The notes: a model not told the origin generated them from the sequence alone. A DNA stretch of 64,000 bases from Eledone cirrhosa (GCA_964016885.1 OZ024741.1:264864001-264928000), one strand, 5' to 3'. Counted from the stretch's first letter, positions 41,185 through 53,309 are shown. Numbers and translations are program-made.

Positions 41185-44100
41185 ATGACCTCACTCAGAA
41201 TAGGCAGCATAAATGCGCGTGGCTTGGGGTCGTCATGGAAGCAGGGTCACCTGCTCAACGACCTCAGGTCACTAAACATAGATGTAGTGGCCATCAGCGA
41301 GACCAGAATCTCCGAAGCACGGGCCTTCGCACCGATCTTCGGCGGCTACGATGTGTACGCATCTCCCAGCCGTCCTGGATCGGGTGGAGGAGTTGCTGTG
41401 CTTTTTCGGAGAGGTTTGGATCTCGCCATACGGGCCATCTTCCTGGACCCAGAGGGTAAGCTGGTGGTGCTGGACGTGACCAGCGGAGACGGGCAAGCTT
41501 TCAGGCTAGTGGCCGTCTATGCCCCGACAGGAGCAGGGCGGCCTGATTTCTTCCGGCGTCTGGAGACCTTTCTTGGAACGTCGCGCTCTTTAGTGTTAGT
41601 GGGCGACTGGAACGGGATCTTAGATGCACGCTGGGACTGTGTGGGATTAGCGGATAGGGGTGGAGGGTGCAAGAGCCTCACCAACCTGCTCAGGCGTTTT
41701 GAACTGTCTGACAGGTACCGATTGGATTTCCCGAATGTGCCAATGTGGACTTGGACAAACCGCATAGGGTCATCCAGATCATATCTAGATAGAGTATTTT
41801 GTAGGGAAATAGATAGGTCTAGCATAGGCTGTCCACAATTCAAGATAGTCAGCTACACGGACCACAAATTCGTGACCTGTGTGCTTGACTTAGATAGGCT
41901 TCATAGACGAGGACCCGGCTACTGGAAGCTAAACGCGTCCTTACCAGCGCGCAAGGCCTACAGAGACCGGATTAGCGAACTAGTTAAGCGGGCGTTGACG
42001 GGGGCCATCGTCAACAACAAGTGGTGGTTTGCTCTGAAAAGAGCGATTAGAATAGAATCGATTAGGTTTAGTAAGGCTTTAGCAATAGAGAAAAATAGAG
42101 CAGAGGGAGAACTAGTTAGAAAATTAGACGAGGCGCTTAGCAAAGGCATTGCGACCGACGTGCTTGCGGCGAAATTGGCCCTTGACCAATTCTTCAATGC
42201 AAAGCACGAAGGCTGCGTTGTCAGAGCTAGGGTGCGTGCTCTCAGACACGAGGGGACGAAAGCCGTTCAATGGGCCCGAGTGGCGGAGGCGCGTCGTGGC
42301 AACAAAGCCACGATCCGGTCTTTGGTGGACCACGACGGGCGCATGCTACTCGATCCCGGGCAAATGTGTGAAGCTTTTCAGCGACACTTCGCTCAGCTGT
42401 TCGGGGGCAGCGGGGGGCCGGGTAGAGGGATGGACTTTAGTGTCTACCTCGACGGGCTGCCGCGGCTCTCGGCCACTGAGGCGAGGTGTTGCGAAAAGCC
42501 GATAACAGCCGCTGAAGTACGGGAGGCAATGACTGGCTGCACAAGGGGTAAATCGCCTGGTTTGGATGGTCTGCCCTATGAACTTTACGTACAGATGCCA
42601 GACTTGTTCGGAGGCCTCTTGGCGGACGTCTACTGCAACTGGCAACAGAACGGGAGAATTCCCAGTTCTGTGAGCCGAGGAGCGGTGGCACTGCTGAGAA
42701 AGGATCCGAACAAGGGGGATAACATAGACAATTTCCGGCCCATAACTCTGCTAAACACAGAGTTTAAGATTTTGGCCAAGGTGCTAGCAAAGAGGTTGGC
42801 GCTTGTCGTTGGTGGTCTGGTGGGAGAGGCGCAGACATGCGCCATTCCCGACAGATCCATCCACGACAACCTCCACCTCATGCGATACATCGTAGAGAGG
42901 GTAGCTAGGGAACCTGGCACGGGTGGGTCCTTGATCAATTTAGATCAGTCGAAAGCTTTCGATAGGGTCGACCATCGTTACCTAGCGGCAGTCCTGAGGG
43001 CGGCTGGCTTTGGGCCCGTCTTCAGAGGCTGGATCGCTGCCATGCACAGCGACATCTGCTCTGTGGTGAGAGTGAACGGTCACCTGTCGGAACCGTTCAA
43101 CATCATGCGCTCGGTCCGCCAAGGATGTCCCCTCTCGTCCCTCTTGTACGTATTGACTCTCGAGCCATTACTGCACAAACTGGAGACGTTGAGGGGAGTC
43201 CCGCGCGAACTAGGATGCGGAAGATCCGTGTCAGCATATGCGGACGATGTCACCGTAGTGGTGTCGAACGCCAAACACATCGAGGCGATCGGCACTACAC
43301 TAAGAGAATACGAAGCGGTGACAGGAGCAATGATCAACCAGGAAAAGTCAGTGGGCCTGCAGCTCGGCACCTGGAGAGGCAGGTCCATGCCGTCCAACAG
43401 CGTCGTCGGGCGCTGGACGGACGGACCGGTTAAATTGCTAGGGGTCTGGTTCGGTCCGGACCTCCAGACGGACAAAAACTGGGACGAGGTGACGAGCAGG
43501 GTGGCTTCTCTCACCCAGAAATGGGCGGAGAGGAAGCTATCCCTGAAAGGTCGAGCGGAGGTGGCTAACGCGTACATCGCGTCTGTCATCTGCTACCGCC
43601 TAACCGTCGTACCTTGTCCTAAGCCTCGCCTGACTGCGCTGGAGCGTTTGCTCTTTCGCTTTTTGTGGAAGGGACGTGCTCCGATGGTCAGGCGGTCCAT
43701 CTGTTGTCAACACCCGCTACGTGGAGGGCTGGGCATGCCGTGGCTGATGATGCGCAGGCACGCGCTCAGGCTACGACATCTCCACCTCTTCCTCGACGGT
43801 GATCAGGTGTGGTCGCCGTTTGCTAGACGCGTTTTTCCCCAGCTCGTTTCCTTGACGGAGCTGCAGTCCTGGGTCAAGCGAAGACCGAGAGGGAGCGCCT
43901 GGAGACTGGAATGTCTTCAGGCGCTCACAGCCCTCGACCAATCGGGCAATGTGATCGGTGGAAACTCCACCTCGGCGTTCTATAGAGGATTAGTGGAGGG
44001 GAAGAGCGACGACGTACTTGGGGAAACTCTAGGCGTCGACGAAAATCAACTAGCCAATCTCTTCGGAAGAACCTTCGGGCCAGGGCCTATGGACAACTTC

Positions 44101-44604
44101 CAGAAATCTCTGGCCTGGCAGTGCTACCGAGGAGCCTTGCCAGTTCGGGATAAACTCTACAGGCATGGAGGTGCCGTCAGCCGGGCATGTCCGAGATGCG
44201 CGCAGGGCGACGAAACCGTCCTGCACGCACTCGTCCAGTGTCCGAAAATTGCTGACTTGTGGGTTTATGTCGAACACCTGCTGTCGCGTTTAGGACGGAT
44301 CCAGCTATCATCTGAGTCTATCGTGAGGATTGCCCCGCCCTCCTCCTTTAGCCGGGAAGGGCAGGCAGTTTTTATCTGTCTGGTGGCCATGGCGAAAGAG
44401 ATAGTATGGTGGACACGTTTGAAAGGGCTGAAGACGAGCACTTACCTCTTCGGTGATGCTCTGATTGACTTTTTCAAATTTCATTTGAAAAGGAAAATCA
44501 GAGTAGAGAAGGAAGTGCTCTCTTCCCAGCATTTTGTTGAAAGATGGGTGAGAGAAGCAAGAATGGCCCGAGTGAATGGGCCGACTCTGAGTATATATCT
44601 GTAA
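41185..44604 (+). CDS. ORF2: APE endonuclease + reverse transcriptase + Cys-rich domain
   Basis: SINARG, SET, GDWN, YLDR, TDH (APE); KSPGLDG, FRPITLLN, KAFDRV, RQGCPLS, AYADD (RT); CPRC..ETVLHAL..C. Confidence 0.96.
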   Translation: MTSLRIGSINARGLGSSWKQGHLLNDLRSLNIDVVAISETRISEARAFAPIFGGYDVYASPSRPGSGGGVAVLFRRGLDLAIRAIFLDPEGKLVVLDVTSGDGQAFRLVAVYAPTGAGRPDFFRRLETFLGTSRSLVLVGDWNGILDARWDCVGLADRGGGCKSLTNLLRRFELSDRYRLDFPNVPMWTWTNRIGSSRSYLDRVFCREIDRSSIGCPQFKIVSYTDHKFVTCVLDLDRLHRRGPGYWKLNASLPARKAYRDRISELVKRALTGAIVNNKWWFALKRAIRIESIRFSKALAIEKNRAEGELVRKLDEALSKGIATDVLAAKLALDQFFNAKHEGCVVRARVRALRHEGTKAVQWARVAEARRGNKATIRSLVDHDGRMLLDPGQMCEAFQRHFAQLFGGSGGPGRGMDFSVYLDGLPRLSATEARCCEKPITAAEVREAMTGCTRGKSPGLDGLPYELYVQMPDLFGGLLADVYCNWQQNGRIPSSVSRGAVALLRKDPNKGDNIDNFRPITLLNTEFKILAKVLAKRLALVVGGLVGEAQTCAIPDRSIHDNLHLMRYIVERVAREPGTGGSLINLDQSKAFDRVDHRYLAAVLRAAGFGPVFRGWIAAMHSDICSVVRVNGHLSEPFNIMRSVRQGCPLSSLLYVLTLEPLLHKLETLRGVPRELGCGRSVSAYADDVTVVVSNAKHIEAIGTTLREYEAVTGAMINQEKSVGLQLGTWRGRSMPSNSVVGRWTDGPVKLLGVWFGPDLQTDKNWDEVTSRVASLTQKWAERKLSLKGRAEVANAYIASVICYRLTVVPCPKPRLTALERLLFRFLWKGRAPMVRRSICCQHPLRGGLGMPWLMMRRHALRLRHLHLFLDGDQVWSPFARRVFPQLVSLTELQSWVKRRPRGSAWRLECLQALTALDQSGNVIGGNSTSAFYRGLVEGKSDDVLGETLGVDENQLANLFGRTFGPGPMDNFQKSLAWQCYRGALPVRDKLYRHGGAVSRACPRCAQGDETVLHALVQCPKIADLWVYVEHLLSRLGRIQLSSESIVRIAPPSSFSREGQAVFICLVAMAKEIVWWTRLKGLKTSTYLFGDALIDFFKFHLKRKIRVEKEVLSSQHFVERWVREARMARVNGPTLSIYL

Positions 44605-44865
44605 ACTAAAGGTGGAAAACTGGGAGAGGGCACTTGCCTTGGTGGTCAGGGTCATTGTGGCTTTTTACTGGGCTTTCTCCACAAATGTCCCTCCGAAGTC
44701 TCCCCCCTATTGGGGAATTTTTCATTGTTATTTTCATTGTTGTTTTTGTTACATCCTCTATTTTTGTTTTTTTTACACGCAGAAATGCCCATTTGTACCG
44801 TCCTGCATTGTCCTGCACTGTCCTTAATGTCTACTTTATGTAAACCCTTGTGGTTAATAAAGAAA

Positions 44866-44909
<44 letters not shown>

Positions 44910-45122
44910 GAATGCCATGGTTGACGGAGGCTCGGCTCTGTAAGGTATAGTAATTTTTAACCGTTAAAACAATTGTAAATTGTTTAAAACTTGAACCAAA
45001 TTGTTGATAAAGACACCCTCCTCCTCGTGAGAGGGGTCTTTCTGTCCGTTATTTGGCCCTTCGGGGTTAAATAACCAGTTATTGGGGTTTTGTACCCAAA
45101 ATTTCATTTTAAACAAAAAAAC

Positions 45123-47220
45123 ATGGCTACCAAAAAGAAATTTCATACGTCACTCCCACTCATTCCGTCTTCTTCTTCCTCAATCATCACTACAGCAGAG
45201 AGAAGATTGTCTCTCTCCCTCCCTTCTTTAAATGTGTCTCTCTCCCTCCCTTCTCTTTCGCAAGTGACGAAAGAAAAGAAAAGTCTCGTGCAAAGCGTGC
45301 AAGGTTTCTCCACGACGACGACGACAGCGACGAAACAGGTGTGCGGGAAATACGAAAACCCAGTTCATTCGTCTGACGTCAGGAATAATAGCAGTAGCAG
45401 CCGTAATAACAACAGCAACAGTGACAATGAAAACAACAGTAGCAGCCGCAACAGCATCACCAGCAGCATAAACAACAACAGCATTAGCAGCAGCAACACC
45501 AACAACAACCACAGCAACAGCGGCGGAGGCAGTAGTCGTAGTACCTGCAGCAACAACAAAAGTACCAGCAGCTCTGACGACAACAACAACAGCAGAGAAA
45601 AACCAATCTCATTTGCAGGTATTGCGAAAAATTTGGAAACAATCCTCATAACAAATGAGGAATTAGAGGAAGCGAAGAAGATGGTGACAAAGAACGGACA
45701 CCGAGCAATCTGCAAGGCAGCGAAAAATTTTTTCGAAACCCAAGAGCACTGTACGGTCACGTACCGTACAGTAAGTACAAAATCCCGTAGGGTGGAAAGA
45801 GCCACAGAGGCCCAAATACAAAAAGCCTTGGGGTCTGTGTGGCAGCGGAAAACGCACATCACCCGAGGCAAAAAATATGCCACCGTAGACGTACTTTTTG
45901 CCACACCCCAGGAGGCAAAGGCCCAATCAGTAGTGACCCTAAGGAGCGAGGAAATGGTGTTGGTGCCCTCCTACTGTGGGCAAAAAATTGTGAGGGTCAA
46001 ACTGACCCACGTCCCCCCCGGAATGACCCCTTCTTGGCTGGCCGCGTCTGTCCTCGTCGGAATCGAGGACAAAACAACTGTACTGCAAGTACAGAAAAAA
46101 GTAAGAGAAGATTGGGTCGGCTCCTCCATTGAGATGCTAATCCAAACCAACCAGGAGTGCATCGAAGCTATCCCGGATGTGATAGACTTCGATAACGGCA
46201 CTCAACTGCCCATAAGTGTTGAGGGCAAACGCCCGAAATGCTTTCGCTGTGGATCGAAGACTCACCTCAGGGCCTTCTGCAACGAGAAGACCCTGAGAAA
46301 GGAGAAAAACCCCCCTCCTTCCGAATCCGGCTCCACGGCTACCAGCAACAGGACAAGTGGCAACCAGGAACGATAGGTCCGTGGCACCCATACCCACGCC
46401 ACGGAAATCAAAAACAGCAGCAGCAGTGGAAATATTAACAACAACAACAGCAATACCAAATGCAGCTGCAACAGAGACTCCAGTGCAAACATCACCAACA
46501 ACAACAAGTGAAAGAGTGGAGCTGGTACCCCTCCCCGACCTTACAGAATCAGACATGGAGTGTGAGGTGGGAGAGGGATGGCAAAAGGTCGCAAGAAGGC
46601 ACAAACGCAGAAGCAGCGCATCGTCGCCTTTGAAAAGGGAGGAAAGAAATGAGAAAAGGGTAAAGTCTACTGCAAAGAGACCCACAGCAGCAACACCACC
46701 AACACCATCACCACCCACACCAGCACCACCATCACCACCGGCGACAACCCCACCGCCAACAACACCTTCAACACCACCACCACAAGCACCAACATCGCAA
46801 ACACAACAACAAAACACACACACCCAGCAACAACGACAAGAAAATAGCAGAACCACACCCCACCCCCAGAAAAACAAATGCACGGCAATAAACACACACA
46901 ACAAGAAACTAATGACTTACATAATTGAACACACAGACATTTCACAACAGGACTACATAATACCAGCACCAATCAAAACGCCAACTAACATAAGACTGCT
47001 AAAAATAGCACAGAAACAATACACAAATATTAAAACGAAATTCCCCAACGCAGTTGGTGATTTCAGGGACCTAGGAGGAACCATCAATCGAAGAGTATAC
47101 TCAGACATTCTCTTAGAAGAGCCGACGACCAGCCGAAGGGACGATTCAACGGTCCCTTCACCAGACGATCAAGTGAAAAGGGATGTAAAAACCATCCCTC
47201 CTCTACCAAAAGTACGGTAA
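45123..47220 (+). pseudogene. ORF1 with +1 frameshift at ~46305-46310
   Basis: Split into ORFs ending at 46376 and 47220; extra A in gagaaaaaccccc. Confidence 0.8.
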
Positions 47221-47255
47221 GTGGTCTTTCCCATCTTTTCCACTCTATTTTAAAC

Positions 47256-50200
47256 ATGACCTCACTCAGAATAGGCAGCATAAATGCGCGTGGCTTGGGG
47301 TCGTCATGGAAGCAGGGTCACCTGCTCAACGACCTCAGGTCACTAAACATAGATGTAGTGGCCATCAGCGAGACCAGAATCTCCGAAGCACGGGCCTTCG
47401 TACCGATCTTCGGCGGCTACGATGTGTACGCATCTCCCAGCCGTCCTGGATCGGGTGGAGGAGTTGCTGTGCTTTTTCGGAGAGGTTTGGATCTCGCCAT
47501 ACGGGCCATCTTCCTGGACCCAGAGGGTAAGCTGGTGGTGCTGGACGTGACCAGCGGAGACGGGCAAGCTTTCAGGCTAGTGGCCGTCTATGCCCCGACA
47601 GGAGCAGGGCGGCCTGATTTCTTCCGGCGTCTGGAGACCTTTCTTGGAACGTCCCGCTCTTTAGTGTTAGTGGGCGACTGGAACGGGATCTTAGATGCAC
47701 GCTGGGACTGTGTGGGATTAGCGGATAGGGGTGGAGGGTGCAAGAGCCTCACCAACCTGCTCAGGCGTTTTGAACTGTCTGACAGGTACCGATTGGATTT
47801 CCCGAATGTGCCAATGTGGACTTGGACAAACCGCATAGGGTCATCCAGATCATATCTAGATAGAGTATTTTGTAGGGAAATAGATAGGTCTAGCATAGGC
47901 TGTCCACAATTCAAGATAGTCAGCTACACGGACCACAAATTCGTGATCTGTGTGCTTGACTTAGATAGGCTTCATAGACGAGGACCCGGCTACTGGAAGC
48001 TAAACGCGTCCTTACCAGCGCGCAAGGCCTACAGAGACCGGATTAGCGAACTAGTCAAGCGGGCGTTGACGGGGGCCATCGTCAACAACAAGTGGTGGTT
48101 TGCTCTGAAAAGAGCGATTAGAATAGAATCGATTAGGTTTAGTAAGGCTTTAGCAATAGAGAAAAATAGAGCAGAGGGAGAACTAGTTAGAAAATTAGAC
48201 GAGGCGCTTAGCAAAGGCATTGCGACCGACGTGCTTGCGGCGAAATTGGCCCTTGACCAATTCTTCAATGCAAAGCACGAAGGCTGCGTTGTCAGAGCTA
48301 GGGTGCGTGCTCTCAGACACGAGGGGACGAAAGCCGTTCAATGGGCCCGAGTGGCGGAGGCGCGTCGTGGCAACAAAGCCACGATCCGGTCTTTGGTGGA
48401 CCACGACGGGCGCATGCTACTCGATCCCGGGCAAATGTGTGAAGCTTTTCAGCGACACTTCGCTCAGCTGTTCGGGGGCAGCGGGGGGCCGGGTAGAGGG
48501 ATGGACTTTAGTGTCTACCTCGACGGACTGCCGCGGCTCTCGGCCACTGAGGCGAAGTGTTGCGAAAAGCCGATAACAGCCGCTGAAGTAAGGGAGGCAA
48601 TGACTGGCTGCACAAGGGGTAAATCGCCTGGTTTGGATGGTCTGCCCTATGAACTTTACGTACAGATGCCAGACTTGTTCGGAGGCCTCTTGGCGGACGT
48701 CTACTGCAACTGGCAACAGAACGGGAGAATTCCCAGTTCTGTGAGCCGAGGAGCGGTGGCACTGCTGAGAAAGGATCCGAACAAGGGGGATAACATAGAA
48801 AATTTCCGGCCCATAACTCTGCTAAACACAGAGTTTAAGATTTTGGCCAAGGTGCTAGCAAAGAGGTTGGCGCTTGTCGTTGGTGGTCTGGTGGGAGAGG
48901 CGCAGACATGCGCCATTCCCGACAGATCCATCCACGACAACCTCCACCTCATGCGATACATCGTAGAGAGGGTAGCTAGGGAACCTGGCACGGGTGGGTC
49001 CTTGATCAATTTAGATCAGTCGAAAGCTTTCGATAGGGTCGACCATCGTTACCTAGCGGCAGTCCTGAGGGCGGCTGGCTTTGGGCCCGTCTTCAGAGGC
49101 TGGATCGCTGCCATGCACAGCGACATCTGCTCTGTGGTGAGAGTGAACGGTCACCTGTCGGAACCGTTCAACATCATGCGCTCGGTCCGCCAAGGATGTC
49201 CCCTCTCGTCCCTCTTGTACGTATTGACTCTCGAGCCATTACTGCACAAACTGGAGACGTTGAGGGGAGTCCCGCGCGAACTAGGATGCGGAAGATCCGT
49301 GTCAGCATATGCGGACGATGTCACCGTAGTGGTGTCGAACGCCAAACACATCGAGGCGATCGGCACTACACTAAGAGAATACGAAGCGGTGACAGGAGCA
49401 ATGATCAACCAGGAAAAGTCAGTGGGCCTGCAGCTCGGCACCTGGAGAGGCAGGTCCATGCCGTCCAACAGCGTCGTCGGACGCTGGACGGACGGACCGG
49501 TTAAATTGCTAGGGGTCTGGTTCGGTCCGGACCTCCAGACGGACAAAAACTGGGACGAGGTGACGAGCAGGGTGGCTTCTCTCACCCAGAAATGGGCCGA
49601 GAGGAAGCTATCCCTGAAAGGTCGAGCGGAGGTGGCTAACGCGTACATCGCGTCCGTCATCTGCTACCGCCTGACCGTCGTACCTTGTCCTAAGCCTCGC
49701 CTGACTGTGCTGGAGCGTTTGCTCTTTCGCTTTTTGTGGAAGGGACGCGCTCCGATGGTCAGGCGGTCCATCTGTTGTCAACACCCGCTACGTGGAGGGC
49801 TGGGCATGCCGTGGCTGATGATGCGCAGGCACGCGCTCAGGCTACGACATCTCCACCTCTTCCTCGACGGTGATCAGGTGTGGTCGCCGTTTGCTAGACG
49901 CGTGTTTCCCCAGCTCGTTTCATTGACGGAGCTGCAGTCCTGGGTCAAGCGAAGACCGAGAGGGAGCGCCTGGAGACTGGAATGTCTTCAGGCGCTCACA
50001 GCCCTCGACCAATCGGGCAATGTGATCGGTGGAAACTCCACCTCGGCGTTCTATAGAGGATTAGTGGAGGGGAAGAGCGACGACGTACTTGGGGAAACTC
50101 TAGGCGTCGACGAAAATCAACTAGCCAATCTCTTCGGAAGAACTTTCGGGCCAGGGCCTATGGACAACTTCCAGAAATCTCTGGCCTGGCAGTGCTACCG

Positions 50201-50675
50201 AGGAGCCTTGCCAGTTCGGGATAAACTCTACAGGCATGGAGGTGCCGTCAGTCGGGCATGTCCGAGATGCGCGCAGGGCGACGAAACCGTCCTGCACGCA
50301 CTCGTCCAGTGTCCGAAAATAGCTGACTTGTGGGTTTATGTCGAACACCTGCTGTCGCGTTTAGGACGGATCCGGCTATCATCTGAGTCCATCGTGAGGA
50401 TTGCCCCGCCCTCCTCCTTTAGCCGGGAAGGGCAGGCAGTTTTTATCTGCCTGGTGGCCATGGCGAAAGAGATAGTATGGTGGACACGTTTGAAAGGGCT
50501 GAAGACGAGCACTTACCTCTTCGGTGATGCTCTGATTGACTTTTTCAAATTTCATTTGAAAAGGAAAATCAGAGTAGAGAAGGAAGTGCTCTCTTCCCAG
50601 CATTTTGTTGAAAGATGGGTGAGAGAAGCAAGAATGGCCCGAGTGAATGGGCCGACTCTGAGTATATATCTGTAA
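47256..50675 (+). CDS. ORF2 APE-RT (copy 2)
   Basis: Intact 1139 aa, near-identical to copy 1. Confidence 0.96.
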   Translation: MTSLRIGSINARGLGSSWKQGHLLNDLRSLNIDVVAISETRISEARAFVPIFGGYDVYASPSRPGSGGGVAVLFRRGLDLAIRAIFLDPEGKLVVLDVTSGDGQAFRLVAVYAPTGAGRPDFFRRLETFLGTSRSLVLVGDWNGILDARWDCVGLADRGGGCKSLTNLLRRFELSDRYRLDFPNVPMWTWTNRIGSSRSYLDRVFCREIDRSSIGCPQFKIVSYTDHKFVICVLDLDRLHRRGPGYWKLNASLPARKAYRDRISELVKRALTGAIVNNKWWFALKRAIRIESIRFSKALAIEKNRAEGELVRKLDEALSKGIATDVLAAKLALDQFFNAKHEGCVVRARVRALRHEGTKAVQWARVAEARRGNKATIRSLVDHDGRMLLDPGQMCEAFQRHFAQLFGGSGGPGRGMDFSVYLDGLPRLSATEAKCCEKPITAAEVREAMTGCTRGKSPGLDGLPYELYVQMPDLFGGLLADVYCNWQQNGRIPSSVSRGAVALLRKDPNKGDNIENFRPITLLNTEFKILAKVLAKRLALVVGGLVGEAQTCAIPDRSIHDNLHLMRYIVERVAREPGTGGSLINLDQSKAFDRVDHRYLAAVLRAAGFGPVFRGWIAAMHSDICSVVRVNGHLSEPFNIMRSVRQGCPLSSLLYVLTLEPLLHKLETLRGVPRELGCGRSVSAYADDVTVVVSNAKHIEAIGTTLREYEAVTGAMINQEKSVGLQLGTWRGRSMPSNSVVGRWTDGPVKLLGVWFGPDLQTDKNWDEVTSRVASLTQKWAERKLSLKGRAEVANAYIASVICYRLTVVPCPKPRLTVLERLLFRFLWKGRAPMVRRSICCQHPLRGGLGMPWLMMRRHALRLRHLHLFLDGDQVWSPFARRVFPQLVSLTELQSWVKRRPRGSAWRLECLQALTALDQSGNVIGGNSTSAFYRGLVEGKSDDVLGETLGVDENQLANLFGRTFGPGPMDNFQKSLAWQCYRGALPVRDKLYRHGGAVSRACPRCAQGDETVLHALVQCPKIADLWVYVEHLLSRLGRIRLSSESIVRIAPPSSFSREGQAVFICLVAMAKEIVWWTRLKGLKTSTYLFGDALIDFFKFHLKRKIRVEKEVLSSQHFVERWVREARMARVNGPTLSIYL

Positions 50676-50934
50676 ACTAAAGGTGGAAAACTGGGAGAGG
50701 GCACTTGCCTTGGTGGTCAGGGTCATTGTGGCTTTTTACTGGGCTTTCTCCACAAATGTCCCTCCGAAGTCCCCCCCTATTGGGGAATTTTTCATTGTTA
50801 TTTTCATTGTTATTTTTGTTACATCCTCTGTTTTTGTTTTTTTACACGCAGAAATGCCCATTTGTACCGTCCTGCATTGTCCTGCACTGTCCTTAATGTC
50901 TACTTTATGTAAACCCTTGTGGTTAATAAAGAAA

Positions 50935-50969
<35 letters not shown>

Positions 50970-51183
50970 GAATGCCATGGTTGACGGAGGCTCGGCTCTG
51001 TAAGGTATAGTAATTTTTAACCGTTAAAACAATTGTAAATTGTTTAAAACTTGAACCAAATTGTTGATAAAGACACCCTCCTCCTCGTGAGAGGGGTCTT
51101 TCTGTCCGTTATTTGGCCCTTCGGGGTTAAATAACCAGTTATTGGGGTTTTGTACCCAATATTCATTTTAAACAAAAAACAAC

Positions 51184-53274
51184 ATGGCTACGAAAAAGAA
51201 ATTTCATACGTCACTCCCACTCATTCCGTCTTCTTCTTCCTCAATCATCACTACAGCAGAGAGAAGATTGTCTCTCTCCCTCCCTTCTTTAAATGTGTCT
51301 CTCTCCCTCCCTTCTCTTTCGCAAGCGACGAAAGAAAAGAAAAGTCTCGTGCAAAGCGTGCAAGGTTTCTCCACGACGACGACGACAGAGACGAAACAGG
51401 TGTGCGGGAAATACGAAAACCCAGTTCATTCGTCTGACGTCAGGAATAATAGCAGTAGCAGCCGTAATAACAACAGCAACAGTGACAATGAAAACAACAG
51501 TAGCAGCCGCAACAGCATCACCAGCAACATAAACAACAACAGCATTAGCAGCAGCAACACCAACAACAACCACAGCAACAGCGGCGGAGGCAGTCGTCGT
51601 AGTACCTGCAGCAACAACAAAAGTACCAGCAGCTCTGACGACAACAACAACAGCAGAGAAAAACCAATCTCATTTGCAGGTATTGCGAAAAACTTGGAAA
51701 CAATCCTCATAACAAATGAGGAATTAGAGGAAGCGAAGAAGATGGTGACAAAGAACGGACACCGAGCAATCTGCAAGGCAGCGAAAAATTTTTTCGAAAC
51801 CCAAGAGCACTGTACGGTCACGTACCGTACAGTAAGTACAAAATCCCGTAGGGTGGAAAGAGCCACAGAGGCCCAAATACAAAAAGCCTTGGGGTCTGTG
51901 TGGCAGAGGAAAACGCACATCACCCGAGGCAAAAAATACGCCACCGTAGACGTACTTTTTGCCACACCCCAGGAGGCAAAGGCCCAATCAGTAGTGACCC
52001 TAAGGAGCGAGGAAATGGTGTTGGTGCCCTCCTACTGCGGGCAAAAAATTGTGAGGGTCAAACTGACCCACGTCCCCCCCGGAATGACCCCTTCTTGGCT
52101 GGCCGCGTCTGTCCTCGTCGGAATCGAGGACAAAACAACTGTACTGCAAGTACAGAAAAAAGTAAGAGAAGATTGGGTCGGCTCCTCCATTGAGATGCTA
52201 ATCCAAACCAACCAGGAGTGCATCGAAGCTATCCCGGATGTGATAGACTTCGATAACGGCACTCAACTGCCCATAAGTGTTGAGGGCAAACGCCCGAAAT
52301 GCTTTCGCTGTGGATCGAAGACTCACCTCAGGGCCTTCTGCAACGAGAAGACCCTGAGAAAGGAGAAAACCCCCCTCCTTCCGAATCCGGCTCCACGGCT
52401 ACCAGCAACAGGACAAGCGGCAACCAGGAACGATAGGTCCGTGGCACCCATACCCACTCCACGGAAATCAAAGACAGCAGCAGCAGTGGAAATATTAACA
52501 ACAACAACAGCAATACCAAATGCAGCTGCAACAGAGACTCCAGTGCAAACATCACCAACAACAACAAGTGAAAGAGTGGAGCTGGTACCCCTCCCCGACC
52601 TTACAGAATCAGACATGGAGTGTGAGGTGGGAGAGGGATGGCAAAAGGTCGCAAGAAGGCACAAACGCAGAAGCAGCGCATCGTCGCCTTTGAAAAGGGA
52701 GGAAAGAAATGAGAAAAGGGTAAAGTCTACTGCAAAGAGACCCACAGCAGCAACACCACCAACACCATCACCACCCACACCAGCACCACCATCACCACCG
52801 GCGACAACCCCACCGCCAACAACACCTTCAACACCACAAGCACCAACATCGCAAACACAACAACAAAACACACACACCCAGCAACAACGACAAGAAAATA
52901 GCAGAACCACACCCCACCCCCAGAAAAACAAATGCACGGCAATAAACACACACAACAAGAAACTAATGACTTACATAATTGAACACACAGACATTTCACA
53001 ACAGGACTACATAATACCAGCACCAATCAAAACGCCAACTAACATAAGACTGCTAAAAATAGCACAGAAACAATACACAAACATTAAAACGAAATTCCCC
53101 AACGCAGTTGGTGATTTCAGGGACCTAGGAGGAACCATTAATCGAAGAGTATATTCAGACATTCTCTTAGAAGAGCCGACGACCAGCCGAAGGGACGATT
53201 CAACGGTCCCTTCACCAGACGATCAAGTGAAAAGGGATGTAAAAACCATCCCTCCTCTACCAAAAATACGGTAA
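51184..53274 (+). CDS. ORF1 gag-like CCHC protein (copy 3)
   Basis: 696 aa from ATG; CFRCGSKTHLRAFC. Confidence 0.9.
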   Translation: MATKKKFHTSLPLIPSSSSSIITTAERRLSLSLPSLNVSLSLPSLSQATKEKKSLVQSVQGFSTTTTTETKQVCGKYENPVHSSDVRNNSSSSRNNNSNSDNENNSSSRNSITSNINNNSISSSNTNNNHSNSGGGSRRSTCSNNKSTSSSDDNNNSREKPISFAGIAKNLETILITNEELEEAKKMVTKNGHRAICKAAKNFFETQEHCTVTYRTVSTKSRRVERATEAQIQKALGSVWQRKTHITRGKKYATVDVLFATPQEAKAQSVVTLRSEEMVLVPSYCGQKIVRVKLTHVPPGMTPSWLAASVLVGIEDKTTVLQVQKKVREDWVGSSIEMLIQTNQECIEAIPDVIDFDNGTQLPISVEGKRPKCFRCGSKTHLRAFCNEKTLRKEKTPLLPNPAPRLPATGQAATRNDRSVAPIPTPRKSKTAAAVEILTTTTAIPNAAATETPVQTSPTTTSERVELVPLPDLTESDMECEVGEGWQKVARRHKRRSSASSPLKREERNEKRVKSTAKRPTAATPPTPSPPTPAPPSPPATTPPPTTPSTPQAPTSQTQQQNTHTQQQRQENSRTTPHPQKNKCTAINTHNKKLMTYIIEHTDISQQDYIIPAPIKTPTNIRLLKIAQKQYTNIKTKFPNAVGDFRDLGGTINRRVYSDILLEEPTTSRRDDSTVPSPDDQVKRDVKTIPPLPKIR

Positions 53275-53309
53275 GTGGTCTTTCCCATCTTTTCCACTCT
53301 ATTTTAAAC

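Larger units (their letters stand above)
38842..44909 (+). mobile_element. Tx1/L1-type non-LTR retrotransposon, array copy 1 (6068 bp)
   Basis: Starts GAATGCCATGG after (ATT)8; ORF1 + ORF2; AATAAA followed by an (ATT)14 tail. Confidence 0.95.
44910..50969 (+). mobile_element. Tx1-type array copy 2 (6060 bp)
   Basis: Same 5' start; (ATT)11 tail. Confidence 0.95.
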
